Assembly (NCBI GenBank): GCA_965207065.1
Contig: OZ242260.1
Coordinates: 736,001 to 800,000, forward strand
Direction of reading: 5' to 3'
Length of the DNA: 64,000 nt
DNA from: a bacterium
GTDB taxonomy: Bacteria; UBA8248
Shown: positions 19,578 through 29,961 of the stretch, piece after piece
Layout: each line of letters starts with the position of its first letter
How positions within the stretch are numbered: the first letter of the stretch is position 1
The notes under the pieces: model-generated
Databases searched by the model: none
Seen by the model: the letters and a program-made list of their open reading frames with translations, nothing else
What the model was told of the DNA's origin: nothing
Made by a program: the position numbers and the translations under genes

Positions 19578-20828
19578 TCAGGCAACGCCCATTTTCTCGC
19601 CATAGGCTTCGAGCGCCTGTTCGAAACAGGCGAGAGGCGCGCGCACCACGCCCGCGCCCACCTGGCCGACGCCGGGTTCCTTGTGGGCGATGCCAGTGTT
19701 GATGACGGGCGTGACGCCCAACTTCACCACCTTGGTGATGTCTATCCCTGTGGGAACCCCCTGAAAATCAAGAGCCGGAATCGTCCACTCGGGGTTTCGG
19801 CCCTGGGTGATCTCGTACATGGAGCGCGAAAAATTCAGCGCGTCCGCTGCGCTCCCCGCCCCCACGAACCCGACGACAGCGGGCGCCGCGGCCATGGCGA
19901 ATCCCCCCAGCCCCATCGTCTCGATGATCGTGGAATCGCCCATGTCCGGGTTGGCGTCGTCCTCACCGAAGCCTGGGAAATACAGCCCCTCTGGCATCTC
20001 CACCGGCGCGGTGAACCACGCATCCCCCGTCGCGCTCACCCGTACCCCGAAGTCCGTTCCGTTGCGGCACATCGCCGTGACGATGCTCGACGCCTCGATA
20101 CCGCGCACCGGGTCCATCACCGCCTTCCCGGTCGCCATCGCGACGTTCAGGAAGAACTGATCGTTTCCGCCGATGAAGGACAACACCTCTTCCAGCGCCT
20201 TGCTCTCCCTCACGACACGCGCCAGCGCAGGCGCCGCCTCGCGCATGAAGAGGCTCGTGCAGGCCACGTTGCGCTGGTGCATCTCGTCACCCATCGAAAG
20301 CCCCCGTGCGACGATGCTCTTGAGCGGCAGCCCTCCCGTGGCCTTAAGGGCGTCCGAGAGCGCGGGCCCGAGACGCTCCGCCAGCCAGCGAAGCCGGTTC
20401 AGCACCTCTTCGTCGTTTCCGCCGAAGCGCATCACCTTTCCCAGACCCTCGTTCAGGGTGCAATACGCCCGGTTCCCGAATTTCCTGTTCTCCACGATCA
20501 TCACCGGCATCGAGCGCGTGGTGATGCCCGTCATGGGGCCGACGGCGTCGAAATGATGATTCGGGTGGAAGGCGACGCCGCCCGAGGCGGCGAGCGCTTC
20601 GCCCGAGGCCAAATCGCCCGCCCAGCCCTCCAGGACGGCCGCCCCCGCAATCGCCCCGCGCAGTGGGCCGCACATCCGCTCCCACTCGATCGGGGGGCCG
20701 GCATGAAGGAGAACGCCATCCTCCAGACCCGGTATCACTTCGCCCGCCGGGCGCACGTCCACCAGGACGGGTTCCGCTTCAGTGATGCGGCTTAGCGCTT
20801 CTGCATTCGCGTCCGAGATCACGCCCAT
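19578..20828 (-). CDS. DUF1116 / YlbE (AllG-like) protein
   Basis: 416 aa; LLHAGPP, GDEMHQRN, NGTDFGVR, DMGDS..ET.GLGG, INTGIAHKEPGVGQVGAG. Confidence 0.8.
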   Translation of the reverse strand: MGVISDANAEALSRITEAEPVLVDVRPAGEVIPGLEDGVLLHAGPPIEWERMCGPLRGAIAGAAVLEGWAGDLASGEALAASGGVAFHPNHHFDAVGPMTGITTRSMPVMIVENRKFGNRAYCTLNEGLGKVMRFGGNDEEVLNRLRWLAERLGPALSDALKATGGLPLKSIVARGLSMGDEMHQRNVACTSLFMREAAPALARVVRESKALEEVLSFIGGNDQFFLNVAMATGKAVMDPVRGIEASSIVTAMCRNGTDFGVRVSATGDAWFTAPVEMPEGLYFPGFGEDDANPDMGDSTIIETMGLGGFAMAAAPAVVGFVGAGSAADALNFSRSMYEITQGRNPEWTIPALDFQGVPTGIDITKVVKLGVTPVINTGIAHKEPGVGQVGAGVVRAPLACFEQALEAYGEKMGVA

Positions 20829-22088
20829 CTATTCCATCTCCCGCCAGGTTGTCTGCGCGACGTTCTCCACGATGATGCGCCCGCCTTTCACCACGAATCT
20901 CTTCTCGGGCTGATCGATGAGGATATCGTCTAAATTCACCGAATCGAGCACCACGAAATCGGCCGCGCAGCCGGGCCTCAGGCCATAGCCCTCCTCCACT
21001 CCCAAGGCCTTCGCGCCGTTGGTCGTGAAAAGCCGGGGAATCACGCTCCTGTCCGCTGCGCCGCTCATGTGGAGTGTGTGGGCGAGGAGAAGACCGATTT
21101 CCAGCAAATCGCCGCGTCCAGAGGGCGTAAAGGCGTTGCGGATGTTGTTCGATGAAACGGCCACGTTGACGCCCCCACTCAGCAGGTCCTTCACGGGCGC
21201 GAGGCTTCTGAAGCGAGGCGGCTCCTCTCCCCTGCCGCCCAGGAACAAATCCGTCGCCGGCAAGGGCAGGACGGAGATGCCCGCCTCGAGAATCTGCTCG
21301 ATGACCGGCGCGGCCTCATCCGGCGACATCGCGCCCAGGGAGGTGAGATGACCGACGGCCACCCTGCCCTGCAAGCCTGCGGCCATCGTGCGGGCGGCCA
21401 CGGATTCGACCTTCTTCACCCGGGGGTCGTCCGCGAAATCGAGATGAAAATCCAGGCCGCAGCCGAACGTCTCGGCCATCGCGAAGACAATATCCAGGTG
21501 CCGCTCGGGGTCCAGGTCGTTATACGGGATACCGCCCACGAGGTCCCCGCCCATCCGCATGGCCTCGCGCATCAAATCCTCCGTTCCCGGCTGCTGCTCG
21601 ATGCCTTCCTGCGGAAAAACGACGAGTTGAAAATCCGCCACGCCTGCGTACTTCTCCTTGAGCGCCAGAGCGACTTCCACTCCCTTCAGCCCGACGATGG
21701 GGTCGACCTCCACCTGCGTGCGAAACCAGGTGGCGCCGTTCCGGATGCACATGCGCAGCGCACGCTCGGCGCGCTCCATGATGTCTTGTTTCGTGACGCC
21801 TTTCTTGAGCGCCAGGGTGATGGAGATGGCGTCCTCGAGCGTGCCGGAAAGATTGGGCTCCCGCTCTTCCAGAAACGCCTTGTCCAGATGAATGTGGCTC
21901 TCCACGAACGCGGGCAGCACGACGCGGGCCTCCAAATCGATTTCCTCGCATCCCGCCTCGCTTTCGAGCCCCGGTGAAATTCTCGAAAACCGGCCCCCGG
22001 CGACACGCAAGTCCACCAAAGGGCCGCTTGAGTCGATCCTAGCGTACCTGAAAATTCTTTCGTCCGTCATCTCGGCGCTCATGACCAT
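20829..22088 (-). CDS. Metal-dependent amidohydrolase, cytosine deaminase (CodA)-like
   Basis: 419 aa; ESHIHLDK, VFPQEG, DFHLD, GHLTSL, NIRNAFTP. Confidence 0.85.
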   Translation of the reverse strand: MVMSAEMTDERIFRYARIDSSGPLVDLRVAGGRFSRISPGLESEAGCEEIDLEARVVLPAFVESHIHLDKAFLEEREPNLSGTLEDAISITLALKKGVTKQDIMERAERALRMCIRNGATWFRTQVEVDPIVGLKGVEVALALKEKYAGVADFQLVVFPQEGIEQQPGTEDLMREAMRMGGDLVGGIPYNDLDPERHLDIVFAMAETFGCGLDFHLDFADDPRVKKVESVAARTMAAGLQGRVAVGHLTSLGAMSPDEAAPVIEQILEAGISVLPLPATDLFLGGRGEEPPRFRSLAPVKDLLSGGVNVAVSSNNIRNAFTPSGRGDLLEIGLLLAHTLHMSGAADRSVIPRLFTTNGAKALGVEEGYGLRPGCAADFVVLDSVNLDDILIDQPEKRFVVKGGRIIVENVAQTTWREME

Positions 22089-22386
22089 TTAACCTGAATG
22101 AAACATCACCCTAACAGATACGAAACGCGCATCGCCCACAGTCGCAAAAATGGAAAAGCTTGACACTGCGAACTCTATCTTTCCGCGTGGATTTTCGCCA
22201 GCGAAAAAGGCGGAAACGGGAAAAACCCCGTTTCACGTCAACTTGACCCACACCTGGAATCGTGAACATAATGAAAGCCTCAGGACCATATATCATCTGG
22301 GTTTCCGTGCGGGTTGAAGACCCGGTAACGCGCAGTGGGAGATTTGCTTTTAAGGTGCGCCGTCAGCGGATAAAAGCGAGATATGA

Positions 22387-23484
22387 ATGACCACCCTCAG
22401 CTTCGCGAACATTCTCGTTCTTAGTTATAATTCCCTCTCCTACGCCGCAATTTTGTTCCTACTGGCGAGCGGGCTCTCGCTCATCTTCGGCGTGATGCGC
22501 ATCGTGAACCTCGCGCACGCCGCTTTTTTCCTCTTCGCCGGCTATCTCGCCCTGGAATTCTATAACATCATTTTCGGCTCCCTGAGCCTGATGCCGAGAA
22601 TCATCCAGCTCGTTTCGTGGGCCCTGCTCTATTTCGCATGGCGGGGACTCACGCTATACATCGCTCCCAAACACGCAGCGCTGGCGCTGCTCCTCGCATA
22701 CATCGTAATGGAAGTTTTGTGCAGCCTGATATGGAGCTTCAGATTCTTCGAACTCTTCTTCCCGCACGTGCCCGTCAAACCGGTCGACAGGATCAATTTT
22801 CCGGGGATGATGGCCGCCATCGTCGTCGCGCTCACCATCGCGGCGCTGTGCGGGATGTTCATCGAGCGTTTTTTCCTGCGCCTTCTCGGACAGGACACGC
22901 TCGCGCAGGTGCTGGTGACCATCGGCTTCGCATTCATCTTACAAGACGGCTCGCTCTACACCTGGGGCGGTGACAACTTCATGCTCAAACAACCCTGGCC
23001 GCTCAACTTCAGCGCCGTCGTCGGGGGCCTGTCGCTGCCCCAGTACCGCGGTTTCATGATCGTCATCGCCGTCCTGGTGGCCGCCGCCCTGTTCCTGGGG
23101 ATAGAGCGCACCCGCCTCGGCGCCATCATGCGCGCGGCGGTGGACGACCCCGAGATGGCGCGCGGCATCGGCATCAACACCAACGTCGTGCAAATGTCAA
23201 TATTCGCCATCGGGGCGCTGCTCGCCGCCACGGGCGGCGTGGTGGGCGGCGCGTTCTTCGGCGTCTACCCGGGTCTCGACTTCGAGATACTTCCCTACGC
23301 GTTCGCCGTGGTGATCATCGGGGGACTCGGCAGCCTGGGCGGCGCCGTCCTCGGCAGCATTGTCGTCGGCTTCATCGAGAATTTCGGGACCGCGCTGTTT
23401 CCCGAACTCTCCTATTTCGCACTCTTCGCGCCCATGGCCATCATTCTGGCGATCAAGCCGACCGGGCTGTTCGGAAAGGGTTAA
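22387..23484 (+). CDS. livH: Branched-chain amino acid-type ABC permease (LivH-like)
   Basis: GLSLIFGVMRIVNLAHA, RTRLGAIMRA, VIIGGLGS, KPTGLFG; carries an insertion of about 70 aa. Confidence 0.85.
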   Translation: MTTLSFANILVLSYNSLSYAAILFLLASGLSLIFGVMRIVNLAHAAFFLFAGYLALEFYNIIFGSLSLMPRIIQLVSWALLYFAWRGLTLYIAPKHAALALLLAYIVMEVLCSLIWSFRFFELFFPHVPVKPVDRINFPGMMAAIVVALTIAALCGMFIERFFLRLLGQDTLAQVLVTIGFAFILQDGSLYTWGGDNFMLKQPWPLNFSAVVGGLSLPQYRGFMIVIAVLVAAALFLGIERTRLGAIMRAAVDDPEMARGIGINTNVVQMSIFAIGALLAATGGVVGGAFFGVYPGLDFEILPYAFAVVIIGGLGSLGGAVLGSIVVGFIENFGTALFPELSYFALFAPMAIILAIKPTGLFGKG

Positions 23485-23487
23485 GTC

Positions 23488-24513
23488 TTGTTGGAGAACC
23501 TGGCGGAAAAAAGAAGAGTGCTCATCGTGCTGGGCGTCTTCGTCGCTCTCGGAGTCATAACGCCGTTTCTCGACCTTTTCATGCAGAGCCTGGTGACGGA
23601 GATCCTCGTGTTCGGCATCCTGGCCATGAGCCTGGACCTGCTGCTGGGGTTCACCGGGCTGGCCTCTCTGGGACACGCCGCCTATTTCGGCGTCGCCTCC
23701 TACACCACGGCCATCATCATGACGAAAGAAGACTGGACGTGGACCTTCGCCGCCTTCCAGTGGGCGGACTCGCTGGGACTGGGCCTTTTCTACATCTTCA
23801 TATTCGCGTTGGTCGTCGCCACGGCCTTCGCCGCGTTCTTCGGTTTTCTGGCCATCCGCGCGGTGGGCGTGTATTTCCTGATGATCACCCTCTCGCTCGC
23901 CATGGTCATCTGGGGTCTGGCGTACCGCTGGAGCGCCGTGACGGAAGGGGACAACGGCATCAACGTGCTGGGGAGACCATCCCTGTTCGGCATATCGCTG
24001 GAATCGGAAATGCCGTTCTTCTACTTCACGCTCGCGGTGTTCCTGATCTGCCTGGGCCTGATGTACATGTTCGTGAGAAGTCCATTCGGAAAAACGCTGG
24101 TCGGCATCAGGGAGCGCGAGGAGCGCATGCAAATGCTCGGCTACAACATCTGGCTCCACAAATATCTCGCGTTCATAATCGCGGGCGTATTCAGCGGCGT
24201 GGCGGGCGTGATGTGGACGCTGTTCAACCTCTTCGTGAGTCCGCCGGACATCGAACTCATCACCTCGGCCGAGGCGCTCTTCATGGTGGCGCTGGGCGGA
24301 CCCGCCACGTTGATCGGCCCGGTGATCGGCTCGGCCATCATCCGCTCGCTGCAGCAGTTCATCAGCATCTACGTGGAACGCTGGCCGCTGATTCTGGGCG
24401 CCATCTACATCATCACCATCATGTTGGGACGCCTCTACGGCGTCGAGGGAATACTCGGATTGTTCGGCAAGTTCCGCAAACCCGCCGCCCCGTCGGAAAC
24501 CCCGGAGGGTTGA
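23488..24513 (+). CDS. livM: ABC permease (LivM-like)
   Basis: LLLGFTGLASLGHAAYFG, SPFGKTLVGIRE, MVALGG. Confidence 0.85.
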   Translation: MLENLAEKRRVLIVLGVFVALGVITPFLDLFMQSLVTEILVFGILAMSLDLLLGFTGLASLGHAAYFGVASYTTAIIMTKEDWTWTFAAFQWADSLGLGLFYIFIFALVVATAFAAFFGFLAIRAVGVYFLMITLSLAMVIWGLAYRWSAVTEGDNGINVLGRPSLFGISLESEMPFFYFTLAVFLICLGLMYMFVRSPFGKTLVGIREREERMQMLGYNIWLHKYLAFIIAGVFSGVAGVMWTLFNLFVSPPDIELITSAEALFMVALGGPATLIGPVIGSAIIRSLQQFISIYVERWPLILGAIYIITIMLGRLYGVEGILGLFGKFRKPAAPSETPEG

Positions 24514-24566
24514 GGACGGCGCGGCACCGCGTCTCTGATTCGAGACGAAATGAGGGAGGAAAACAG

Positions 24567-25820
24567 ATGAAACGGAAATTTATCACCATCATCGCAGTGC
24601 TCGGCCTCGCCTTCTCTGTCGGCTTCGGCAGCGCCCAGGCGGCCGAGGTGCGCATCGGGTTCATCGCGCCGATGACGGGCATCTTCGCCCAGATCGGCAA
24701 GGACATGAGCAACGGCTTCAAGATGTACATGGCGCACACGAAGAACAAGATGGGCCCACTGGACGTAAAGTTCATCCTCGAGGACTCGACCGGCAAACCG
24801 GCCGTGAACGTGCGCAAGGCGCTCAAGCTCATCAAGCGCGACAAGGTGCACATGTTCATCGGCGGACTGCTCGCCAGCACCGGGTATGCGCTCGCTCCGG
24901 TGGCAAACCGCTTCAAGACGCCCTACATCTCGCCCGTGCCGGCTGCGGACGACCTCACCCAGCGCAAGCTCTTCAAGCACTTCCTGCGCAGCGGCTTCAC
25001 GAGCAGCCAGAACAGCCATCCCCTCGGCGAGTGGGCCTACGACCAGGGCTACCGCAACGTGGTCACCATCGGCGCGGACTACGCTTTCGGCTACGAGACC
25101 GTGGGCGGCTTCCACAAGGCCTTCGAGGCGCGCGGCGGCAAGGTCGTCAAGAAGATCTGGGCGAAACTCGGCACCAAAGACTTCGGCCCCTATCTGCCGC
25201 AGATACCCAAGGACGCCGACGCCATCTTCACCCTGATGGTCGGCCCCATGTCCCTGGCTTTCCCGAAGCAGTTCCGCGCCGCGGGCTTCAAGATGCCGAT
25301 GCTCGGCGGCGTGACGAGCGCGGATGAGTTCATCCTGCCCAGCATGGGCGACGAGGCGCTCGGCTACGTGACGGCCGCGCAGTACAGCGCCGCCCTCGCG
25401 ACGGACAAGAACAAGGCGTTCGTCAAGGAATACCAGCAGCGCTACGGGAAGATGGCCTCCTACTATTCGGAGACCTGCTACACCACTGGCCAGTGGGTGG
25501 ACCTCGCACTCAAGAAAATCGGCTACAAGCCGGACAACAAAGATGCGTTCCTCAAGGCGTTCAAGGCCATCCGCATCGACGCCATCAGAGGGCCGGTGTA
25601 TCTGGACAAATACGGAAATCCGGTGCAGAACAGCTACATCCGCAAGGTGACCCGCGTGAAGGGCGATCGCCTGGGTCTGGGCGTGAAGTCGAACTCGCTC
25701 TGGAACCTCGTTATCAAGACCTACCCGGCCGTGGGTCAGTTCTGGAAGTGGTCGGATAAGGATTTCCTGAAAGACCCTGTGTACAGCAAGAAGTTCCCGC
25801 CGTGCCCGCATTGTAAGTAA
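24567..25820 (+). CDS. ABC substrate-binding protein (Liv/HAAT family)
   Basis: Start reassigned to ATG 24567 after GGGAGGA; signal peptide MKRKFITIIAVLGLAFSVGFGSAQA; IGFIAPMTG, DYAFGYE. Confidence 0.9.
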   Translation: MKRKFITIIAVLGLAFSVGFGSAQAAEVRIGFIAPMTGIFAQIGKDMSNGFKMYMAHTKNKMGPLDVKFILEDSTGKPAVNVRKALKLIKRDKVHMFIGGLLASTGYALAPVANRFKTPYISPVPAADDLTQRKLFKHFLRSGFTSSQNSHPLGEWAYDQGYRNVVTIGADYAFGYETVGGFHKAFEARGGKVVKKIWAKLGTKDFGPYLPQIPKDADAIFTLMVGPMSLAFPKQFRAAGFKMPMLGGVTSADEFILPSMGDEALGYVTAAQYSAALATDKNKAFVKEYQQRYGKMASYYSETCYTTGQWVDLALKKIGYKPDNKDAFLKAFKAIRIDAIRGPVYLDKYGNPVQNSYIRKVTRVKGDRLGLGVKSNSLWNLVIKTYPAVGQFWKWSDKDFLKDPVYSKKFPPCPHCK

Positions 25821-25832
25821 GGGCGAAATATC

Positions 25833-25864
25833 CCGCCGTCCGGGTTTCACGGCCCGGGCGGCGG
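25833..25864 (+). terminator. Intercistronic stem-loop after the binding-protein gene
   Basis: CCGCCGTCCGGG / CCCGGGCGGCGG 12-bp stem with one G-T pair; no U-tract. Confidence 0.5.
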
Positions 25865-25902
25865 ATTCGCGCCGGTAAACTTTTCGAAGGAGCAGTCACG
25901 TT

Positions 25903-26658
25903 TTGGCGAACGGGCAATCAGGGCTCGAGCTTGAGAACGTCACCAAGCATTTCGGCGGCCTTCACGCCGTCGAGGACGTGAACCTGCGCCTGAACCTCGG
26001 CGAGCGTCGGGGAATCCTGGGGCCGAACGGAGCGGGCAAGACCACGCTGTTTCACCTGATAACGGGCGTGCTTCCGCTCACCTCGGGCCGCATTCGCCTT
26101 TTCGGACAGGACGTCTCGGGATGGCCCACCCACAAGCGCGTGGCCTTGGGCATGGCGCGCACCTTCCAGATCACCAGCCTTTTCCCCAAGCTCACCGTGC
26201 TCGAGAACGTTCTGCTCGCCGTGCAGGGCTTGCGGAAGATGAAAATGATGATGCTGAAACCACTTTTCAAGTACAAGGACGTGTACGAAAAAGCCGAAAA
26301 GCTGCTGAGTGACGTGAACTTCTGGCATTTGAGGGATCAGGAGGTCCGCAACCTCTCCCATGGGGAGCAGCGCCAGCTCGAGATTGTCCTCGCCCTGGCA
26401 AGTGAGCCCAAGGTTTTGCTTCTCGACGAACCTTCCGCCGGCCTGGCCACGGGAGAATCCCACGAGATGGCCAATTTCCTGAAATCGCTCGACCCCGAAA
26501 TCGCCATTCTCATCATCGAGCACGATCTGGACGTCATATTCGGGGTCGTCTCCCACATCAGCGTTCTGCACTACGGCGAGGTTCTCGCCGAGGGGCCCAG
26601 CGACGACATCCGAAACGACCCCAAGGTGCAGGAAATCTATCTCGGGAAGGCGGATTGA
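25903..26658 (+). CDS. livG: ABC ATPase (LivG-like)
   Basis: GPNGAGKTT, ARTFQ, LSHGEQR, LLLDEP. Confidence 0.9.
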   Translation: MANGQSGLELENVTKHFGGLHAVEDVNLRLNLGERRGILGPNGAGKTTLFHLITGVLPLTSGRIRLFGQDVSGWPTHKRVALGMARTFQITSLFPKLTVLENVLLAVQGLRKMKMMMLKPLFKYKDVYEKAEKLLSDVNFWHLRDQEVRNLSHGEQRQLEIVLALASEPKVLLLDEPSAGLATGESHEMANFLKSLDPEIAILIIEHDLDVIFGVVSHISVLHYGEVLAEGPSDDIRNDPKVQEIYLGKAD

Positions 26659-26659
26659 C

Positions 26660-27370
26660 GTGTCGACCCTTCTGAGCGTGAACGACATCCATACCTACTA
26701 CGGCGACTCCTACGTCCTTCAGGGCCTGAGCATCCACGTCGACGAGGGGGAGACGCTGGGCATACTCGGAAGAAACGGCATGGGCAAGACGACGCTGATC
26801 AACTCGGTCATGGGTTTCGTTCCGCCGAGACGAGGCGCCATTCATTTCCGGGGAGAGGACATCACCACCACGAACAGCTTCGACATCTCCAAGATGGGAA
26901 TCGGGCTGTGCCCACAGGGCAGGCGCGTGTTCCCGACCCTCTCGGTGCGCGAAAATCTCCTGGTGGCCCAACAGGAGCACGACATGGGCTACCGCTGGAA
27001 TTTCAAGGAAGTCTACGAACTCTTCCCCCGTCTCGGGGAGCGCGCAGGTCAGCGGGCGGGTTCCCTCTCGGGCGGCGAGCAGCAGATGCTGGCCGTGGGC
27101 CGCGCCCTGATGACCAACCCGAGCTGCCTCATCATGGATGAACCCTCCGAAGGGCTCGCGCCCATGATCATCCAGGACATCGGAAACGCCATACAGTCGC
27201 TCAAGGCCGAAGGACTCGCCGTCGTACTCGTGGAGCAGAACGCCGCCTTCGCCGTAAAGACGGTGGACAGGGTTTGCGTCATCGCGAACGGAAAAGTCGT
27301 CTACGAATCTTCGCCGCAGGAATTGTGGGCAAATGAGGAAGTCAGGAAAACCCACCTGGGAATCGGCTGA
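26660..27370 (+). CDS. livF: ABC ATPase (LivF-like)
   Basis: GRNGMGKTT, LSGGEQQML, MDEPSEGLAP, LVEQN. Confidence 0.9.
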   Translation: MSTLLSVNDIHTYYGDSYVLQGLSIHVDEGETLGILGRNGMGKTTLINSVMGFVPPRRGAIHFRGEDITTTNSFDISKMGIGLCPQGRRVFPTLSVRENLLVAQQEHDMGYRWNFKEVYELFPRLGERAGQRAGSLSGGEQQMLAVGRALMTNPSCLIMDEPSEGLAPMIIQDIGNAIQSLKAEGLAVVLVEQNAAFAVKTVDRVCVIANGKVVYESSPQELWANEEVRKTHLGIG

Positions 27371-27589
27371 AAAAACCCTCGCGCAACAGAATCCATTCAT
27401 AGTATTCTTGTGTCGTTGTGACGGAAAGTAAAACTACAAATGAAGAGGTGTCCCGAGTTTCACATAAAGAGATGAGGCAGAACACTTGAGCGTCTCTCCC
27501 CATCATCCGAAGGAAGCCCTGTCTTGACGAGGGCGCCGTGGACCTGAATTGACGAACCCGCCGCCATACTCTACGGAAATTCCAAGACG

Positions 27590-29878
27590 ATGATTTCTGT
27601 ACTATTGGACCGCTATACCAACGCCGTTCTACGCTATCGTTGGCCGGTTATCGCGATCGCCACGCTGATCATGCTGCTCACGGGTGTCGGCGCGCTCTTC
27701 ATCGGCGTCACGAACGACTACCGCATCTTGTTCAGCGAAGAAAATCCACAGTACGCCGATTTCAAGGCGCTCGAAAACATTTTTTCCACATCCAACATGG
27801 CGTTCATCGCCATCGCTCCACGAGGGGGCTCGGTGTTCACCCGAGAAGCGCTCGCCGCGCTCGAGGAATTAACCGAAGCCGCGTGGCGAACACCCCATTC
27901 CAGACGGGTCAACTCACTTACGAACTATACCCATAGCCGGGCGAAGGGAGATGAGCTGATCGTCGAGCCGCTCGTCGATGATGCGCGCTCGCTGAGCGAT
28001 GCCGATCTCGCGCGAATCAGGAAAATCGCGCTCGAGTCGCGCGATCTGCCCGGTCGTCTGGTCTCCCGGGAGGGGCATGTGGCCGGGCTGGCGGTCACTT
28101 TCGTCCTGCCCGACGACATGGACGCTGCTGTGGTCTCTATAAACGATTACCTGAACGCTATCTTGAAGAAAGCCGGGGCCAGATACCCGGAAATCGCCTA
28201 CTACCTGAGCGGTGACGTGATCAGTAACCGCACCTTCTCCGTGGCGACTTACAATGATTTCGTCTACCTGGCTCCAATCGTGTTCATCATGATCGTCGTC
28301 ATCAGCACACTTCTTTTGCGCTCGTTTCTCGGCACGTTTTCCATCATCGTCGTGATCGGGTTCGTCATCTTCAACACGATGGGAATTGCGGGCTGGCTCG
28401 GCACGGTGTTCAGCCCCACAAATGCCGGCGTACCGACCATTGTCATGGCGACATGCGTCGCCCACTCAATCCACATCATCACGACCACGCTGCTGGGCAT
28501 GGACCATGGGTTGGACAAGGATGCGGCGATTGCCGAATCGCTTCGGAGCAACGCATGGCCGGTGTTCCTGACTTCGATCACGACCGCTATCGGATTCCTG
28601 AGCCTGAACTACTCGGATTCGCCTCCCGCCCGTATTCTGGGAAATCTCGTGGCGCTCGGCGTGCTGTGGGCCTTCGTCTACTCGATGACCCTGCTGCCGG
28701 CCGTACTTTCGGTTCTGCCGTTGCGCGCACGCCGAATCCCCTCCGGCAAATCCCCTTTTTTCGTCCGATTCGGCGCTTTCGTGGTCAAGCGCCGGGCGTT
28801 CCTGCTCTGTTTCGTCGCCGTTCTGACGGCTGTCCTCATCACAGGTATTCCCCGCAACGAGTTGACAGACAGATGGGCGCACTATTTCGACGAGCGCTAC
28901 CGGTTCCGCCGCGATTCGGATTTCATCTTTGATAACCTGAACAGCATGAATTTCCTGGAATACGCGCTCAAGGCGGGGCGCGAAGGCGGCATCACCGAGC
29001 CTGAATACCTGAAAAAAGTCGAAGCCTTCGCCAATTGGTACCGGGAACAGCCTGAAGTGAGCCACGTCCAGGCTTTTACGGACATCATGAAGCGTCTGAA
29101 CAAGAACATGCACGGCGACGACCCGGCCTACTACAGGCTCCCAAATGATCCGAAGCTCGCCGCGCAATATCTTCTGCTTTATGAATTCTCGCTTCCCTTC
29201 GGCATGGATATCAACGACCGCATCGACGTCGCCAAATCCACGACGCGAATGAGCGTCATGGTTCGCAACCGATCCTCCAAGGATCAGCGCGAACTCGACG
29301 AGCGCGCCAAAGCCTGGCTCAACGCCAACATACCCGAATTCGCTTCCGAGGCATCCGGCATCACCATGATCTTCGCCCATCTATCGCTCAGAAACATCCA
29401 CGGCATGCTGCGCGGCACGATCATCGCCATGCTGATTATCTCTTTACTCCTGATCTGGGTTTTCAAAAGCGTTCGGCTGGGGCTCATCAGCCTCGTGCCC
29501 AACTTTCTCCCCGCCGCCATGACCTTCGGCCTGTGGGGCTATCTGGTCGGCCAGGTGGACTTTGCCGGCTCGTTGATGACCGCCATCGCGTTCGGAATCA
29601 TCGTGGACGATACGATTCACTTCATGAGCCGATATCAAAAAGCCCGCCGGATGGGCTTCCCCGCGCCTGGAGCCGTGCGCGCCGCCTTTCGGATCGTGGG
29701 CCAGGCGCTATGGACGACGACGGCGGTATTGTCACTCAGCTTTTTGGTGTTCGCCACATCGGGGTTCCACGGCAGCAGGACGCTCGGCCTGATGGTGGCG
29801 ATCACGCTCGTATTCGCGCTCCTGGCCGATTTCCTGCTCCTGCCGACCCTGCTGATGGCTCTCGACCGGAAGAAGTGA
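27590..29878 (+). CDS. MMPL/RND family transporter, copy A (intact)
   Basis: 762 aa, two repeats of TM + periplasmic loop + 5 TM; LTSITTAIGF, GIIVDDTIH. Confidence 0.9.
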   Translation: MISVLLDRYTNAVLRYRWPVIAIATLIMLLTGVGALFIGVTNDYRILFSEENPQYADFKALENIFSTSNMAFIAIAPRGGSVFTREALAALEELTEAAWRTPHSRRVNSLTNYTHSRAKGDELIVEPLVDDARSLSDADLARIRKIALESRDLPGRLVSREGHVAGLAVTFVLPDDMDAAVVSINDYLNAILKKAGARYPEIAYYLSGDVISNRTFSVATYNDFVYLAPIVFIMIVVISTLLLRSFLGTFSIIVVIGFVIFNTMGIAGWLGTVFSPTNAGVPTIVMATCVAHSIHIITTTLLGMDHGLDKDAAIAESLRSNAWPVFLTSITTAIGFLSLNYSDSPPARILGNLVALGVLWAFVYSMTLLPAVLSVLPLRARRIPSGKSPFFVRFGAFVVKRRAFLLCFVAVLTAVLITGIPRNELTDRWAHYFDERYRFRRDSDFIFDNLNSMNFLEYALKAGREGGITEPEYLKKVEAFANWYREQPEVSHVQAFTDIMKRLNKNMHGDDPAYYRLPNDPKLAAQYLLLYEFSLPFGMDINDRIDVAKSTTRMSVMVRNRSSKDQRELDERAKAWLNANIPEFASEASGITMIFAHLSLRNIHGMLRGTIIAMLIISLLLIWVFKSVRLGLISLVPNFLPAAMTFGLWGYLVGQVDFAGSLMTAIAFGIIVDDTIHFMSRYQKARRMGFPAPGAVRAAFRIVGQALWTTTAVLSLSFLVFATSGFHGSRTLGLMVAITLVFALLADFLLLPTLLMALDRKK

Positions 29879-29961
29879 TGGGCCGGATCGCCTCACCCGT
29901 GAGGTAAAGGGCTCAAGAATATGAATGAATCCTAAGCGGAGGGATTGAGAGTGTACGGGGA

